DNA of 64,000 nt from Octopus vulgaris (taxonomy: Eukaryota): contig OX597827.1 of NCBI GenBank assembly GCA_951406725.2, forward strand, positions 33,852,001 through 33,916,000. The letters run 5' to 3'. Made by a program: the position numbers and the translations under genes. Numbering within the stretch: the stretch's first letter is position 1; each line of letters begins with the position of its first letter. Shown piece by piece: positions 50,330 to 63,891 of the stretch. The notes beneath the pieces were generated by a model. The model had not been told where the DNA came from and did no database searches. It was given only the letters and a program-made list of their open reading frames with translations.

Positions 50330-51640
50330 TTTTAATCAGTAGGGTTTTTTAAGGATGAGGGCAATACTGGCCAGCACAATCTTTTGGATTTCTTTGAGAC
50401 ATGGTTCTCTTGGGATGTTGTCTAAATGTTTCTGGCAGCCCTTTTTTTTCATATCATACCTAGGGCACCTACAATAACAGGAACAGTTTTTGCTTTACGA
50501 TTCCACATTTTTTGGATTTTAATTTCCTTATATTTACTAATTTTGTCAAATTCCTTTACACGTATATTTTTATCAGCAGGGGATACTTATATTTATTAGT
50601 CTGCAAGTATTTTTTCCCTCTCTTTAATAATTATGTCAGGTCGATTATACTGGATCATTCTGTCAGTGTTGACTGGAAAATCCTAGAGGATAGTGACATT
50701 TTTACCTTCAACAACTGGCTCAGGATGATGTTTGTACCAGTAAGCAGGGGTACAGATTTTGCACTGTTTAAGCATTTTCCAATATAAATACTGTTCTATC
50801 CTATCGTGGCGATTTTTGTATTCGTTTGGTGTCAGCACAGGACATTCTGAAACGAGATGGTCTATTGTCTCGTCGAATGTGTCGCAGAATCTGCATTTAG
50901 GGTCAGTACCGTTTTGAAGAACCGTTAGCCTGGTAATTTCCTGTTAGCAAGCTTTGATCTTGTGCTGCCAGTACAAAACCTTCCGTCTCTACTGTCAATC
51001 CTGAACTCCTCAGCCACTGATGGGTTGTTGCTAGGTCAATATCAATATTTTGGCTTTGGAGAATGCATTTGTTTCTACGCGTTCTTTTTTGCAGTTTGCT
51101 TGATTCGTTTTGCTTGCTTGGTAGCGGTGATTTCAGCCTCCTCATCTAATTCAAGGTTAATGTCAAGTTCCCTTTCAAATTTATCCATCTAAAGACTGGA
51201 TGATAACACTCGTTGAAAACCACGAGAGACGTAAGAAGCTTCATTTTGCTATGAAGGAGAGCAAAAAATTTGCTAGCGAATTCATGCATAATTGTCGAAC
51301 AGCATGATGGAAGTGTAGCAACTGTAATGTGTTGGAACAATTGGCTGATAGGTGGGAACCGAAACCTCTGCGTCTCTGCGTGGCAAATATGTGGCCCGTA
51401 GCAAACAAGCTGATATAGACCAGAAGCATACCCATCAGTGGCTAGGCAGAGAGCGATGGCTTTATCTTGGCTGCTCAAGATCAGAGATTATTGACCCGTA
51501 ACTCTCAAGCTTATGTGATGAAAAGTAGAGTAGATCCAAAATTCCGATACTGCAACGATAAGATTGAAATAGTGGACCACCTAATTTCTAGATGAAAAGT
51601 TTTGGCACCTATAGAGAATAAAGCAAGATATGAAATAGTT
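50330..51640. mobile_element. Two diverged R4/Dong-like fragments head-to-head (minus about 50330-51185, plus about 51190-51640)
   Basis: Both contain HQWL..AAQDQ homology, on opposite strands. Confidence 0.7.
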
Positions 51641-51644
51641 GACC

Positions 51645-54600
51645 TTAAAAAAATTTCGCCAGTAGAGAAGCCCAGAACTTCCGGGCTTCTCGAAAACCAA
51701 GGTGAGTAACCTCCTCATTTTCTTTCTCCGACTAGCATGGTTGTGATGAGAATAGGGTGTGTGAATGTGCGTGGTCTGGGATCAGCCTGGAAGCAAGGTC
51801 ACTTTCTCAATGATCTCAGGTCACTTGATTTGGACATGGCTGCCATCAGTGAAACAAGGATCTCCGGAAAACACGCTCTAGCATCCATTTTCGAGGACTA
51901 CGAGGTATTCTCATCTTGTGGTCTATCGGAAGCGAGTGGCGGTGTAGCAGTGCTACTCCGGAAATCCTCAGATCTCCAAGTACGGGATATCTTCCTGGAT
52001 CCTGATGGCATGTTGGTGGTCCTGGACGTGAACGGCAGTGAAGGTGGCGCCTTTAGGCTAGTGGCGGTTTATGCCCCAACAGGGGCTGGAAGGTCAGATT
52101 TCTTCAGGCGGCTACAATCATTTTTGGGAGCGTCTCGCACTTTAGTACTTAGTGGGGGACTGGAATAGTATTTTGGACGCACGGAAGGACTGTGTGGGCT
52201 TAGTACGTAATAGAAGTGAGTGTAAAAGCCTCGAAACCTGCTCAGGACTTTCCAGCTTTCTGACTGCTATCGACTGGATTTCCTCGATGTGCCATTGTGG
52301 ACATGGAGGAACCACAGCGGGTCATCCTGATCGTATTTAGATAGAGTATTTGTTCGGTCAGAGGACAGGGATAGCATAGGTTGTTAACAATTTAAATTGG
52401 TCGGCTACACCGATCACAAATTTGTGATATGCTCAGTCGAATTAGTTAGGATCCGTAGACAGGACCTGGTTACTGGAAGTTGAATGCGTCCCTACCAGCT
52501 CACAAAGACCACAGGGACCGGATTAGCGAACTAATTAAGCAGTAGTTGACGGGGGCTATCGTCAGCAACCGTGGTGGATCGCTCTGAAGAGAGCGATTAG
52601 AGTAGACTCGATAACGTTTAGCAAAGGTTTAGCAATAGAAAGAAATAGATTAGAGGAAGAACTAGTTAGCAAACTAGAAGGGGCTATTAATAAAGGGATC
52701 GCGACCGATGTGTTAGCGGCAAGAATGACCCTTGACTATTTCTTTGAGGCGAAACACGAAGGGTGCGTTGTCAGAGTTAAGGCTCGTGCGCTAAAACACG
52801 AAGAAACTAGGCCGTCCGATGTGCCCGAATGGTAGAGACGCGACGTGGAAACAAAACCACGATCAAGTCTCTGACAGATCAGGACGGACGCGTGCTACTC
52901 GGTTCTGAGTAGATGTGTGCGGCTTTTAAGCAGCACTTTGCGTGGCTTTTCAGCAGCACTTTGCGTGGCTGTTTGTCCGTTGACAGGTGCGAGATTCTGC
53001 GAAAAACCGATTACAGCCTCTGAAATACAGGAGGCGATGAGCGATTGCACAAGTCGTAAATCGCCCGGTTTCGACGGTCTACTCACGAATTCTATGTTTT
53101 CATGCCAGATTTGTTTGGAATCCCTTTGCAGGCAGATGTCTACAGTAACTGGCAGCAGAACGGGAGGACTCCTAGTGCTGTTAGCCGGGGTATAGTAACA
53201 CTGCTGAGAAAGGACAGCGACAATGGGGACGTGCTAAAAAGAGAGCTTAAGATTTTGGCCAAGGTGTTAGCAGTGTATCCACGACAATCTCCACCTTATG
53301 CGCTACATCGTAGAGAGGGCTAGGACTAAAGATGGCTTCAGTGGGACCTTGACCAATTTAGATCAGTCGAAAGCTTTCGATAGGGTAGACTATCGCTACT
53401 TGGGAGCCGTCCTTAAAGCGACCGGTTTCGGATCCATTCTCAGAGGCTGGATTGCTGCAATGCACAGCGGCACCTGCTCGGTGGTCAAAGTAAATGGCCT
53501 CCTATCGGAACCGTTTAGTATCGCACGTTCGGTCAGTCAGGGCTGCCCACTGTCACCTCCTCTGTAAGTGCTGGTTCTCGAGCCACTGCTGCAGAAGTTG
53601 GAACAGTTAAGAGGCCTCCCTTTCGAAACTGGACTCGGGAGGGCAGTGTTTGCATACGCGGGCGACATCACCGTCATGGTGTCGGACGCCTCCGAACTGG
53701 AGACGGTCGGTTCCATTGTAAAGGAATATGAGTCGGTTGCAGGAGCTAAAATCAATGACGAAAAGTCGGCGGGATTGCGACTGAGCAACTGGAGAGACAG
53801 ATCGATGCCGTCGGACGCTGGACTGACGGATCAGTTAAACTGCTCGGGGAGTGATTCGGTCCCAGACTCCAAGTGGATAAGAATTGGGAAGAAGTGACGA
53901 ATAGGGTAGTCTGTCTTACCCAGAAATGAGCGGAGAGGAAGTTGTCCTTGAAAGGTCGGGTAGAGGTGGCGAATGCCTACATTACTTTTGTATTATCTAT
54001 CGTCTGACCGTTGTGCCTTGACCCAGTTACTGCTTGATTAGTTTGGAACGTATCCTGTTTCTTGTGAAAGGGACGCGTTTCAATGGTCAGGCGGTTAGTC
54101 TGCAGCCAACTCCCTGCATGCCAGGCGGTTAGTCTGCATGCCATAGCTTTTGATGCGCAGACACGCACTCAGGTTGCGCCACTTGCACCGATTTCTAAAA
54201 GGTGAACGTGTGTGGGCTCCGTTTGTGAGACACGCCTTTCCGCAGCTCATCTGTTTGATGGAGCTGCAGTCCTGGATAAAGGATAGACCGAGAATGGGCG
54301 CCTGACACTTTGAATGTCGTCAAGAGCTCACTGTCCTCTACAAGTTGGGCAACAGGATCGGTGGATATTATACTTCAGCTACATACAGAGGACTAGTAGC
54401 GGGGAAGTGCGACAACATCCTCAGGGAGACCCTAAGCATCGACGAAGACGAACTGGCAAGTCTATTCCGGAGGACTTTTCGATCGGGGACTTTTATGGAT
54501 AATTTTCAGATGTCTTTGGCCCGGTGGTGCTACCGGTTCGTGATAAACTCTAGAGGCACGGATGTGCTGCCAGACGGGCTTGTCCGAGGTGCTCGCAGAG

Positions 54601-55232
54601 CGACGAAACCGTTCTGCATGCACTCGTTCAATGTCCGGGCATTGCTGACTCATGGAGTTATGTCGAACAGCTGCTGTCGCGTGTTGGATGGAACCGTCTG
54701 TCAGCCGAGTCCATAATGATGATTGCTCCGTCGTCCTCCTTTAACCGAGCAGGCAAGGTAGTTTTCCTTTGTCTGTGTCGAAAGAGGTTATGTGGTGGAC
54801 GAGGCTGAAAGGAATGAGGATGGAAACATTCCTCTTTGGTAAAGCCTTCATCGACTTTTTCAAGTTTCACATGAAAAAGAAAGTGAGGGTGGAGAGGGAG
54901 GTGTTGTCCTCGAATGAATTTATGAAAAAGTGGGTGAAAGTTGCAAAAATGGCAAAAGTGGATGGTACCACTTTCAGTGTAGACCTGTGAGTCGGAAGAA
55001 AGGAGTTGGAGAGGGTATTCGTCCTTGGTATTCTGGGTGATTCATAGAGATCCTCTATCACTTTTTCTCCACTCTTCTTTTTGTGTCGTATACTAATGTA
55101 TACTTTCCCCTCTTCTAATGTATACTGTTCTTTCTTTTCTTTTTTATCATTCCATCATATGCAAACCCACGCACTTTATGTCTGTCTTTGTATTGTCCCC
55201 TCATCCTTCGCCCCGGTGGCAAATATAAGAAA
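51645..55232 (+). mobile_element. L1/Tx1-clade LINE, ORF2 pseudogene, ORF1 absent
   Basis: APE start at 51737 (IGCVNVRGLGSAWKQG), DQSKAFDRV, QGCPLSP, AYAGD, C-terminus ending 54990, 3' UTR. Confidence 0.93.
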
Positions 55233-55249
55233 TCAACATTATCATTAAT

Positions 55250-55457
55250 AAGGCGGCAAGCTAGCAGAATCGTTAGCACGCTGGGCTAAATTCTTAGCCG
55301 CATTTCGTCCGTCTTAACGTTCTGATTTCAAATTCTACCGGGATCGACTTTCATCCTTTCGGGGTCGATAAAATAAGTAGCACTTGTACACTGAGATCAA
55401 TGTCATCGATTTAGTCCCTCTCCAAAGCTGCTGACCCTGTTCAAAAATTTGAAACTA
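55250..55457 (+). mobile_element. SINE family A
   Basis: Head, core and tail present. Confidence 0.85.
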
Positions 55458-55776
55458 ATTTCTTAGCAACGCAGGTGTACCTACATCTATAGCCATGATA
55501 GCTTTTGGTATACTGTCCAAAAGAGAGATTTAATGGTCGACGGAGTCTTTCATGTTTACTGCTGGTCATTTGGCCCTCTCTCTTCAAACAGATTGACGAA
55601 ACGGCAGTAAAAAATGTGAGAATGTGACTATTGGGCGCAGTTGTTTGGACGCTGACGATTTGGCATGACTGATTTGACGTTCAACTTGTTTTAGCAACAG
55701 TATGTTTTGGCACTGGAAGCAAACGCACACATACACACAAGCACACAGATAGAAAAGCTGAGAGAGAAAAGAAAGG

Positions 55777-55859
<83 letters not shown>

Positions 55860-56358
55860 GGAACGAAAGAAATATCAAAATGTCTGATGTCAAAGAAGTC
55901 AACGTTGGATCAGCGACACCAAATAAGCAGCGTCCAAACGTCACATCCTGCAAAAATATCTCACATCACTTGTGATTCGGTCATCGCAAGTTACCTCCTC
56001 TTGTCTCCTGTTGTAGAGTCTATAATGGTTTTATTGCCATTCGGACTCAGTAAGTAGTTTCCCTTACATCTTACTTTACTTCTGATAGCACTTCGTCATT
56101 TTTGTTTAGTCCCTAGTTTGCCTTCATCAAACACATTTCTAGTAGTGACCGTCTCTCCTTTATTTTCAAGTATAGTGTAGTTAAGACCACATTACGAAAT
56201 ATGTTCGTTTTCTTTTTTTAAGAGACAATAGGATGTGAGTGACTGCTGTTTCTAGCAAGTGGAACGGCCTAATAGAGGCTTTCCACATAAAACCATCGAT
56301 TCACTGATGTCTTTAGAATTGATGATGATGATAACGATAACGATGATGATGTTGTTGT

Positions 56359-56401
<43 letters not shown>

Positions 56402-57021
56402 ATATTGATAACGAAGTTGTTGATGATGATGATAATGAAGATGATGGCGGTGGTGATGATGTCGATAACGATGGGGATGATGCTATAAAAAAAAACCTAA
56501 GCTATTTATGTAACATTTAACATGTCTCATTGTTAACAGAACGCTTTGTGCATCGACTTCCCATAAATTTTCTGCTCGACTTTGCATGACGAGACACAGC
56601 AACATTGAACAACAGATCAACTTGCGTAACGACAGACGACATGAAAGCTATTTATTTACAATCATTTCTACTCCAATATATTCAATTTCTTTCTGCTTTG
56701 TTTTTATAAGCTTTCTTGTTTTACATTCTTTTCACTGTGTCTGGTCAAGGGTTAAATCACACAATCACCTCAGATATGTGTGGACATGTTTTACAACAAA
56801 TGGACTCAAACTCATCGAAAAACTTTCAACGCCAGCAGCAGCAGCACCGCCGCCGCCGCCACCATCAGCAACGTTCGCTCGATGGCGGCTTACAGCTGAT
56901 ATTTTTATTAGTCTGCTATATACTGTTGTCACAACAATCCCATGTTTCCATAGTTTTCTTTATTCACATTATTTATGTGTGTGTGTGCAGCATGTGTGTG
57001 CATGTGTGTGAATATATATAT

Positions 57022-58400
57022 ATCAAGTTGTAACGAAAGATTTGTCCGTTTTAAAAAGCTCAATAAAATAATCTTTTCTATTCTCGACACAAGGCCCGAA
57101 ATTTTTGTGGAGAGAATCAGTCGATTAGCTCGACCCCAGTACGCTACTGGTACTTAATTCATCGACCGCCCGAAAGGATGAAAGGTAAAGTCGACTTCGG
57201 CGGAATTTGAACTCAGAACGTAAAGACAGATGAAATACCGCTAAGCATTTCACCCGGTGTGCTAATGTTTCTGCCAGCTCGCCGCCTTAGCTCAATAAAA
57301 TAATAAAAGGACAGTATCTGATTTATTTATTCGTTAATATGGTCACCATTCTTTCCAATGACCTCTTTTCGTTTGTCAATGAGATTTTTAATGCTACGTT
57401 TATAAAATTCCTTAGGTTTAGTGAAAAAGGAAATTAGCTCATTTTCGACTTCGGCTCTTAAAGTAAGTCTAGTCCACTCAAATGATTTTGTAAACTTCTA
57501 AAGAGATGGTGATTTGCAAGTTGCGAGGTCCGGAGAATAGGGTGGGTGACGTATAATTTCTCAAGTATATTTTTCCAGGAGATCTTTGCTCTTTTGAGCA
57601 GTGTGGGGTCTAGCGTTGTCATGATGAAAGATGACTCCTTTTCTTTTAGTTAACGATGGACGTTTTTGCTGCAAAGCTGTTTTCAAATATGTTAGCTGTC
57701 GGCAGTATACATCGGTTGTCATTGTTTGATTATCATCTAGCAGTTCGTGATGAATTAAGCTATGCATATCGCAACATGCACTCAAAAGAATCTTCCTTGG
57801 ATGCTGGCCACTTTTAGGCTGCTGTGTTGGCCCTTCATAACAACTGAGTCACTGACGTTTTCGCTTAATATTATGGTAAAGTATTCATTTTTCATCTCCA
57901 GTAATGACTACCCAAAGAAGGTATTTGTTACCCACGAGATCGCAATGATGCACAATAGTCAACACGTTTGCGATTGTCTGTAGAGAAATTATGCGGGACC
58001 GTTTTCCAATTTTTGACACTTTGGGAAGCCTTTACAATTCACGATAAATGGTAGTGAGGCTCACGTTGAAGCCCATGCTTTATCCCCGAACTATAACAGC
58101 CGGGTCTGCTTCAACAATGGCTTTAATGCGTCAGGATATAGCCCTCCTGGGCGCCCTTCTCTTGATTTATTCGGCAGGCTGTAGACTTTATGAATTATGA
58201 AAAATAACCGCATGTGCTGTCAGTCATTACGCCTTTACTATAAATGTTTTGGAGTGATTCTATTGCTGCACTTACACTATTCTCTTTTCGAAATTCATAA
58301 AGAATAACGTGACGAATATGTTCTTTGCTTTGAGTGAACATGGAGCAAACTTCAATTATGAAAAGAAAGTTAAAAGTCTGAAAGAAAATGAAAGAAAACT
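57022..58400 (-). mobile_element. Mariner transposase pseudogene
   Basis: VIFHHDNARPHTA and HPPYSPDLA (about 57523-57549) mariner motifs; frameshifted; TIR-like end after TA at about 57022. Confidence 0.88.
57073..57288 (-). mobile_element. Complete SINE family A with 16-bp target-site duplication, nested in mariner
   Basis: AGCTCAATAAAATAAT at 57057-57072 and 57289-57304. Confidence 0.93.
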
Positions 58401-58481
58401 ACATATTAATGATTTCTTCATATTTCATATAGAATTGGGAAGTTAAACATACACACACGCATGCATACACACATACATACA

Positions 58482-58517
<36 letters not shown>

Positions 58518-58640
58518 TATATATATGTATATATATGGATCAAAACAGTTTGATTCGGATTCCGTGCTACTTAAAGTTTCCAAGCCCCTAATGCTACTTT
58601 TTGTCAAGTTGGTGGAAATTCATACACACGCGCACATACG

Positions 58641-58724
<84 letters not shown>

Positions 58725-59001
58725 TTGTACAAAAAACCCTCTAAAAACAAAAGATAGAGACAGGTGAGGGAAGAACAAATAAGGTCTATTAGTTTAACGC
58801 TCAGGGAAAATGGAGGAGTCGTTGACGTTTTGAACTTTCGCTCTTCTAAAGAAAGGAACGAAGAGAGAAAACAGATAGAGAGAAGGCAGACTGAGAGAAG
58901 AAAAAAAAAAACAGGTGGAAGCGTACCACCTCCATGTAGCACGCTTGAACAATTGTGAATATTTACCATGAAACAATTGGTTGCCTTGTTAACAGACAAA
59001 T

Positions 59002-59044
<43 letters not shown>

Positions 59045-59182
59045 TGCATTCTTTTTTTTCCCAAGAAATGAATGAAAAAGAGTTACAAGCATTCGAAATT
59101 ATATAATTTTAGCCAATTGGCTGCCTCACTTGTCAGATACAACGGATATCCTGACTGTTCGTCTCCGTGGGAACAGCATACG

Positions 59183-59670
59183 CGAAACCTTTTTGTGGTC
59201 TCTCGATCTGCTAGAAATAGCGGCAAAGTCTTGCTTAAACTATACCATAACCTCTAAAACAACCAAAAAGAGACGACATATTGTGCCATAGCACTTTTCA
59301 TTTCCTCGCTTGAGGCTGGCCCAAGAGTTTTCAATTGTTGAATGTTACCAATAACATTTAAATCAAAGTCAATCTCCATGGATGTGAAATTTTATCGAAC
59401 AATATGTCGTCTCTTTTTGGTTGTTTTAGATGTTATCGTATATGATTTCGTCATTCAGATTATTCTGTCAGATGTAATGCTTATTTATTCATAATACTCA
59501 ACAAAGGCGCAGGAGTGGCTGTGTGGTAAGTAGCTTGCTAACCAACCACATGGTTCCGGGTTCAGTCCCACTGCGTGGCATCTTGGGCAAGTGTCCTCTG
59601 CTATAGCCCCGGGCCGACCAATGCCTTGTGAGTGGATTTGGTAGACGGACACTGAAAGAAGCCTGTCGTA

Positions 59671-59747
<77 letters not shown>

Positions 59748-60128
59748 ATGTGTTTGTGTGTCTGTGTTTGTCCCCCTAGCATTGCTTGACAACCGAAGCT
59801 GGTGTATTACGTCCCCGTCACTTAGCGGTTCGGCAAAAGAGCCCGATAGAATAAGTACTGGGCTTACAAAGAATAAATCCCGGGGTCGATTTGCTCGACT
59901 AAAGGCGGTGCTCCAGCATGGCCGCAGTCAAATGACTGAAACAAGTAAAAGAGTAAAAAAGAGTTAAAGAGTAAAAAATAGTAAAAGAGAGTAAATGGCC
60001 TGCCTCAAGCGAGGAAATGAACGGTTCTGCAGCACGTTTCGTCCTTTTCTTAAAAAAACATAATGGCGTAGATTGAAGAAGATTTGACTGCTATTTCTAG
60101 CAAGTCAAGAAACCATGTAAATGTTTCG
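59183..60128. mobile_element. MITE-like element with long imperfect TIRs, interrupted by a SINE
   Basis: TTCATTTCCTCGCTTGAGGCTGGCC (about 59297) vs GGCCTGCCTCAAGCGAGGAAATGAA (59997); GCTAGAAATAGC vs GCTATTTCTAGC. Confidence 0.6.
59506..59992 (+). mobile_element. Full-length SINE family B (tRNA head, CORE-like domain, internal (TA)n)
   Basis: TGGCTGTGTGG A-box, GGTTCAGTCCC B-box, TTGGGCAAGT CORE-like motif, GAGTAAAA-type tail repeats. Confidence 0.88.
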
Positions 60129-60134
60129 TATGTG

Positions 60135-61250
60135 GGTAATTCCGTACGAAATCAACGCAAAAACTCCCCAAAACATTGAAGGTGACCGAATCCAATTTCT
60201 TTCAAAATTGGCCTTCATATGAAACCCTTAAATATAATTTTTTTTTTACCTGACTCTAATATTTGCTGAGTTATGAGCCTTTTGAAATTTTCAAAAAAGT
60301 AACATTTTTTTTCGGTTACTGAATAACTTTGACAAGTCATACCTCAGCTAATATTTGAGCTAGAAAGCTCAATTTTTTTTCATTTTAAAATATTTAAATA
60401 GATCAACAACTTTTGCTTTGTGTATTTTTTCCTTATGATAAAATAAAAAAAGTTGACCTAAAATTTGACGTTTCATCGATGTTTTTGAAATATTGTCCAA
60501 ATATTGCCCTACTTAGTACAACTCACATTAAAAAAAAAAAAATGGGATCTCAATGGAAAGTATTTTTAATAAGTATAATTATAGTGAAAAGTATTGACAA
60601 ATTATCAAAAATCGCTTACTAAGCAAGACAATTTGAGCTTGAAGGAGAAAACAAAATGCTGATAATTAAAATAAGCATTTTTATTATTTCAATAACAATG
60701 TCTACTTTCATTGTAACTACTTTTCAGCTCTGCTATGGTCAATGGTGGAAAGGTCACTGTCAACACTTAGAATCATCAAACAAATTGTTGGCCTCCCCAT
60801 CGCCTTAGGGGCCACTCTGATAGCTTAGCAGATAAAGTCACATGTCGCAACCTCCCACACTTGCTTTACTTTAAATGATTAGGCACTTGTTAGATGGAAT
60901 TCTGAAATCTTCGAAATTTAATGAGATAATTCTCTTGAAATTAATAATTGTGATGCATGTTTAATTTTTTTTTTCTTTCAAAGTATACGTTCTTCCTGTA
61001 GCAGTTATGGGGTCAAATTTACAAAGGATATCTAAATAACTCACTGTTAAAACATTTGACTTTCTAGGATATTGAAATGATGATGAGGGTCATTTAGGTT
61101 TAGGAAAGGTGAGTTTAACTTGTATAGTTTCTGAGTATGTTTCTAGAATACAGGCTAACCACCAGTCACTGTCATAAATTGCAGCTACAAACCCTTTTAT
61201 ATCTTCAAATTGAATAGCATCTTGCATGGAGATGTTGCTTAAGTGTCCTA
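60135..61250 (-). mobile_element. Unclassified DNA-transposon-like relic
   Basis: Protein-like fragment FVAAIYDSDWWLACILE..VKLTF followed by AT-rich terminus-like sequence; family not assignable. Confidence 0.35.
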
Positions 61251-61375
61251 GGAAACAAATGATCACGCGCGTGTGATTTGATTCTGGGATAAGCGAGTCG
61301 TATTTAGGAGAAAATACGAAAAAATTGAAAAAAGGAGACAAACGTTCAGGATGTTATTAAAACATTTATATCTTC

Positions 61376-61468
61376 ATATCTTCTACATATGTTTCGATGG
61401 ACGCATTAAAATACGTCCGACAGGAAGAATTATGGTCAGCTATGCATCAATCTCATCAGGAAAGACAC
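61376..61468 (-). ncRNA. Type I hammerhead ribozyme motif
   Basis: CTTTC-CTGATGA-GATTGATGCAT..ATGCGTCCATC-GAAAC-ATAT-GTA-GAAG: canonical core, GUA cleavage triplet, palindromic ACATATGT stem III. Confidence 0.7.
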
Positions 61469-61772
61469 AAACAACAACATTTATCAAATAGACATTTTTA
61501 CAGATATAGGAAGCCCTAGATAACGACAAATGGAGAATGTGTAGTGAGAGGGATGAAACGATATGACAAAATCGTTAGTGAATGAGTCAAGGTCACTTTT
61601 CGTTAAGCATGGTCAAAGAACTGCAAAAAGAGCTTCATGGTATGTATGCTCTTTCTGGAACTTTGCCATCACAAATCTGCTTTTGGTTACTTTATAACTG
61701 TTGACTATTCTGAAAATGCTTTCCCTGAACATGTACACACGCGCATATATGCAACATGCATACATAAACACT

Positions 61773-61804
<32 letters not shown>

Positions 61805-61861
61805 CACACACACACATATATATGTACACAAATACACATACACATATATATATGTACATGC

Positions 61862-61894
<33 letters not shown>

Positions 61895-61914
61895 CATACA
61901 CAATATATATATAG

Positions 61915-62510
61915 GAGGTGGTTGATTGTTTGGGATTTTTCCTTTAGTTGGTATGATGTCAGTAGACAGTACTCGGAACCTTCCACCCTAAGAGTGACAC
62001 CGATAGGCTGTACTTGTCCAGCAGAAATGGTGGGAGAGGTTTGATCAGTTGCCAGGACTGTATCGAAGCAGAGGAAAACAGCTTAGGGTGGTATATAAAG
62101 AAATGCCGTGGAGCCACTGTTGAAACATACAATGAAGACCGGCGTCATCAAAACTGAAAATTGTGTAACGAAGGAAAAATTTAAGCAAGAAATAAACGAA
62201 AAAAAAAGGAAAGACAAAGCATGGAAGGAAAAATGTACGGTCAATTTGCAAGAGATGTGAACGCCAAGACAGATACAGAGGATAGGTGGCTATGGCTGAG
62301 GAGGAGTGATCTGAAGATAGAGACAGAAATACTCATATGCGCAGCTCAGGAGCAAGCGTTATGGACTAACAATATGAAGTGTAGAATAGACAACGCTACC
62401 GATAACGACAAATGAAGAATGTGTAGTGAGAGGGATGAAACGGAATGACACATCGTTAGCGAATACCCGAAATTGGCGCAACGCGAATACAAAAGACGTC
62501 ATGATAATGT
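61915..62510 (+). mobile_element. R4/Dong-like LINE fragment
   Basis: HPKSDTDRLYL..GGRGL, MYGQF, WLWL..DLKIETEILICAAQEQAL, EYKRRHDNV. Confidence 0.75.
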
Positions 62511-62534
62511 GCCCTTAATATTTTGATTGTGAGG

Positions 62535-63656
62535 TCACATGAGTCAAGGTCACTTTTCCTTAAGCATGGTCAAAGAACTGTAAAAAGAACTTCATGGTAT
62601 GTATGCTCTTTATGGAACTTTGCCATCACAAATCTGCTTTTGGTTACTTTATAATTGTTGACTATTCTGAAAATGCTTTCCCAGTTGATAATTAGCTTGG
62701 ACATGTTTTGCATTTCAGAAATATGGCCAGTTGTGAGAGAAGGGAATGTAAAAACAGTCCCGATGTCTTCTGCTTATTTCTAGATTAGGCAGTGAAACAA
62801 AATCACAGATTTTGTGAAAAAAGCTCACCTAATTTCCTTACTTACCTTACTTCCTTACATGAAACTCGGTGACAAGACAAAGTTTGGGCATCCTATATAG
62901 TGTGCAAAACATGTGTTGAAACACTGAGACAGTAACTCCTTTAGATACTTAAGCAAAAAGTTTCCAGCTTTGCCTTGTGAGAAAAATAAGGTTGGTGTGT
63001 TTGACGGTCCACATATTAGGTGACTATCGCAAGATGAGCTGTTTTTGGAGACCATTTCTGGCATTGAAAAAGAAGCATGGAATGCTTTTGTTGCAGTTGT
63101 ATGTGATTTCCTGAGAAACAGGAAGCCATCAAATTAAGAAGACTTTGTGCAGACACTATTAACCAGTTTTCGAGCACTGGCTGCAACATGAGTGTAATTG
63201 TGCATTTCTTGCACAGACATCTGGACAACTTCCTTGAAAATCCTAAGGCAATAGTGATGAGCCAGGAAAAAGATTCCACCAAGACATCGAGAACATGGGG
63301 ACTAGGTATCATGGCAGGTAGAACACCAACATGGTGCTGTCTAATGCTAATCACTGAAAAGAGACTGTCATGATTCAATTTATTCACATAAAGCAACAAA
63401 GAGAAAGTTCATTCCTTGAGTAGTTCAAACTCCAGTTTGACAGAAATATCTATTCTAAGATGTGTAATTAAACATTTTGTGTAATAAATGCTAAACAATA
63501 AAAACTACTATTTGGTTTGTGTTAGCTTCTTATTTCAGACTTGCATTTAATGGCAAAATTGACATTTTTTGGTAAACAATTTGAGTTCCTGTTTAATAAA
63601 AAACTTGACGTGATAAGCAAGACAACTAAAAAGTGTTTTTGAAATGATCCCCAGTG
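62535..63656 (+). mobile_element. Chapaev3-like (CMC) transposase relic, 3' part
   Basis: Frameshifted YLSKKFP..GVFDGPHIR, EKEAWNAF, GCNMSVIVHFLHRHLDNF.EN, RFHQDI; terminus CAGTG at 63652-63656. Confidence 0.7.
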
Positions 63657-63780
63657 TAAAAGACATAACATGTCCCGGTAACAACAGAAGTTCAGTTCTA
63701 TATTTAAGAGATGAGGAATTATGTACCTTATTTACACTATTTACAATTGAAGGATATTTGTCCTCATCTTGTTTGTTGTT

Positions 63781-63826
63781 AACACAACGTTTCGGTTGAT
63801 ATACATTCCAGCCTTCATCAGGTGTC
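63781..63826 (-). ncRNA. Minimal hammerhead ribozyme motif in a PLE pLTR-like fragment
   Basis: GACAC-CTGATGA-A-GGCTG..CAACC-GAAAC-GTT-GTGTT. Confidence 0.65.
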
Positions 63827-63891
63827 TTGGGGAAATTTCGAAACTGGTTTCTCATTCCTAAGATATTTTTCGATGTTATTATTATTATTAT

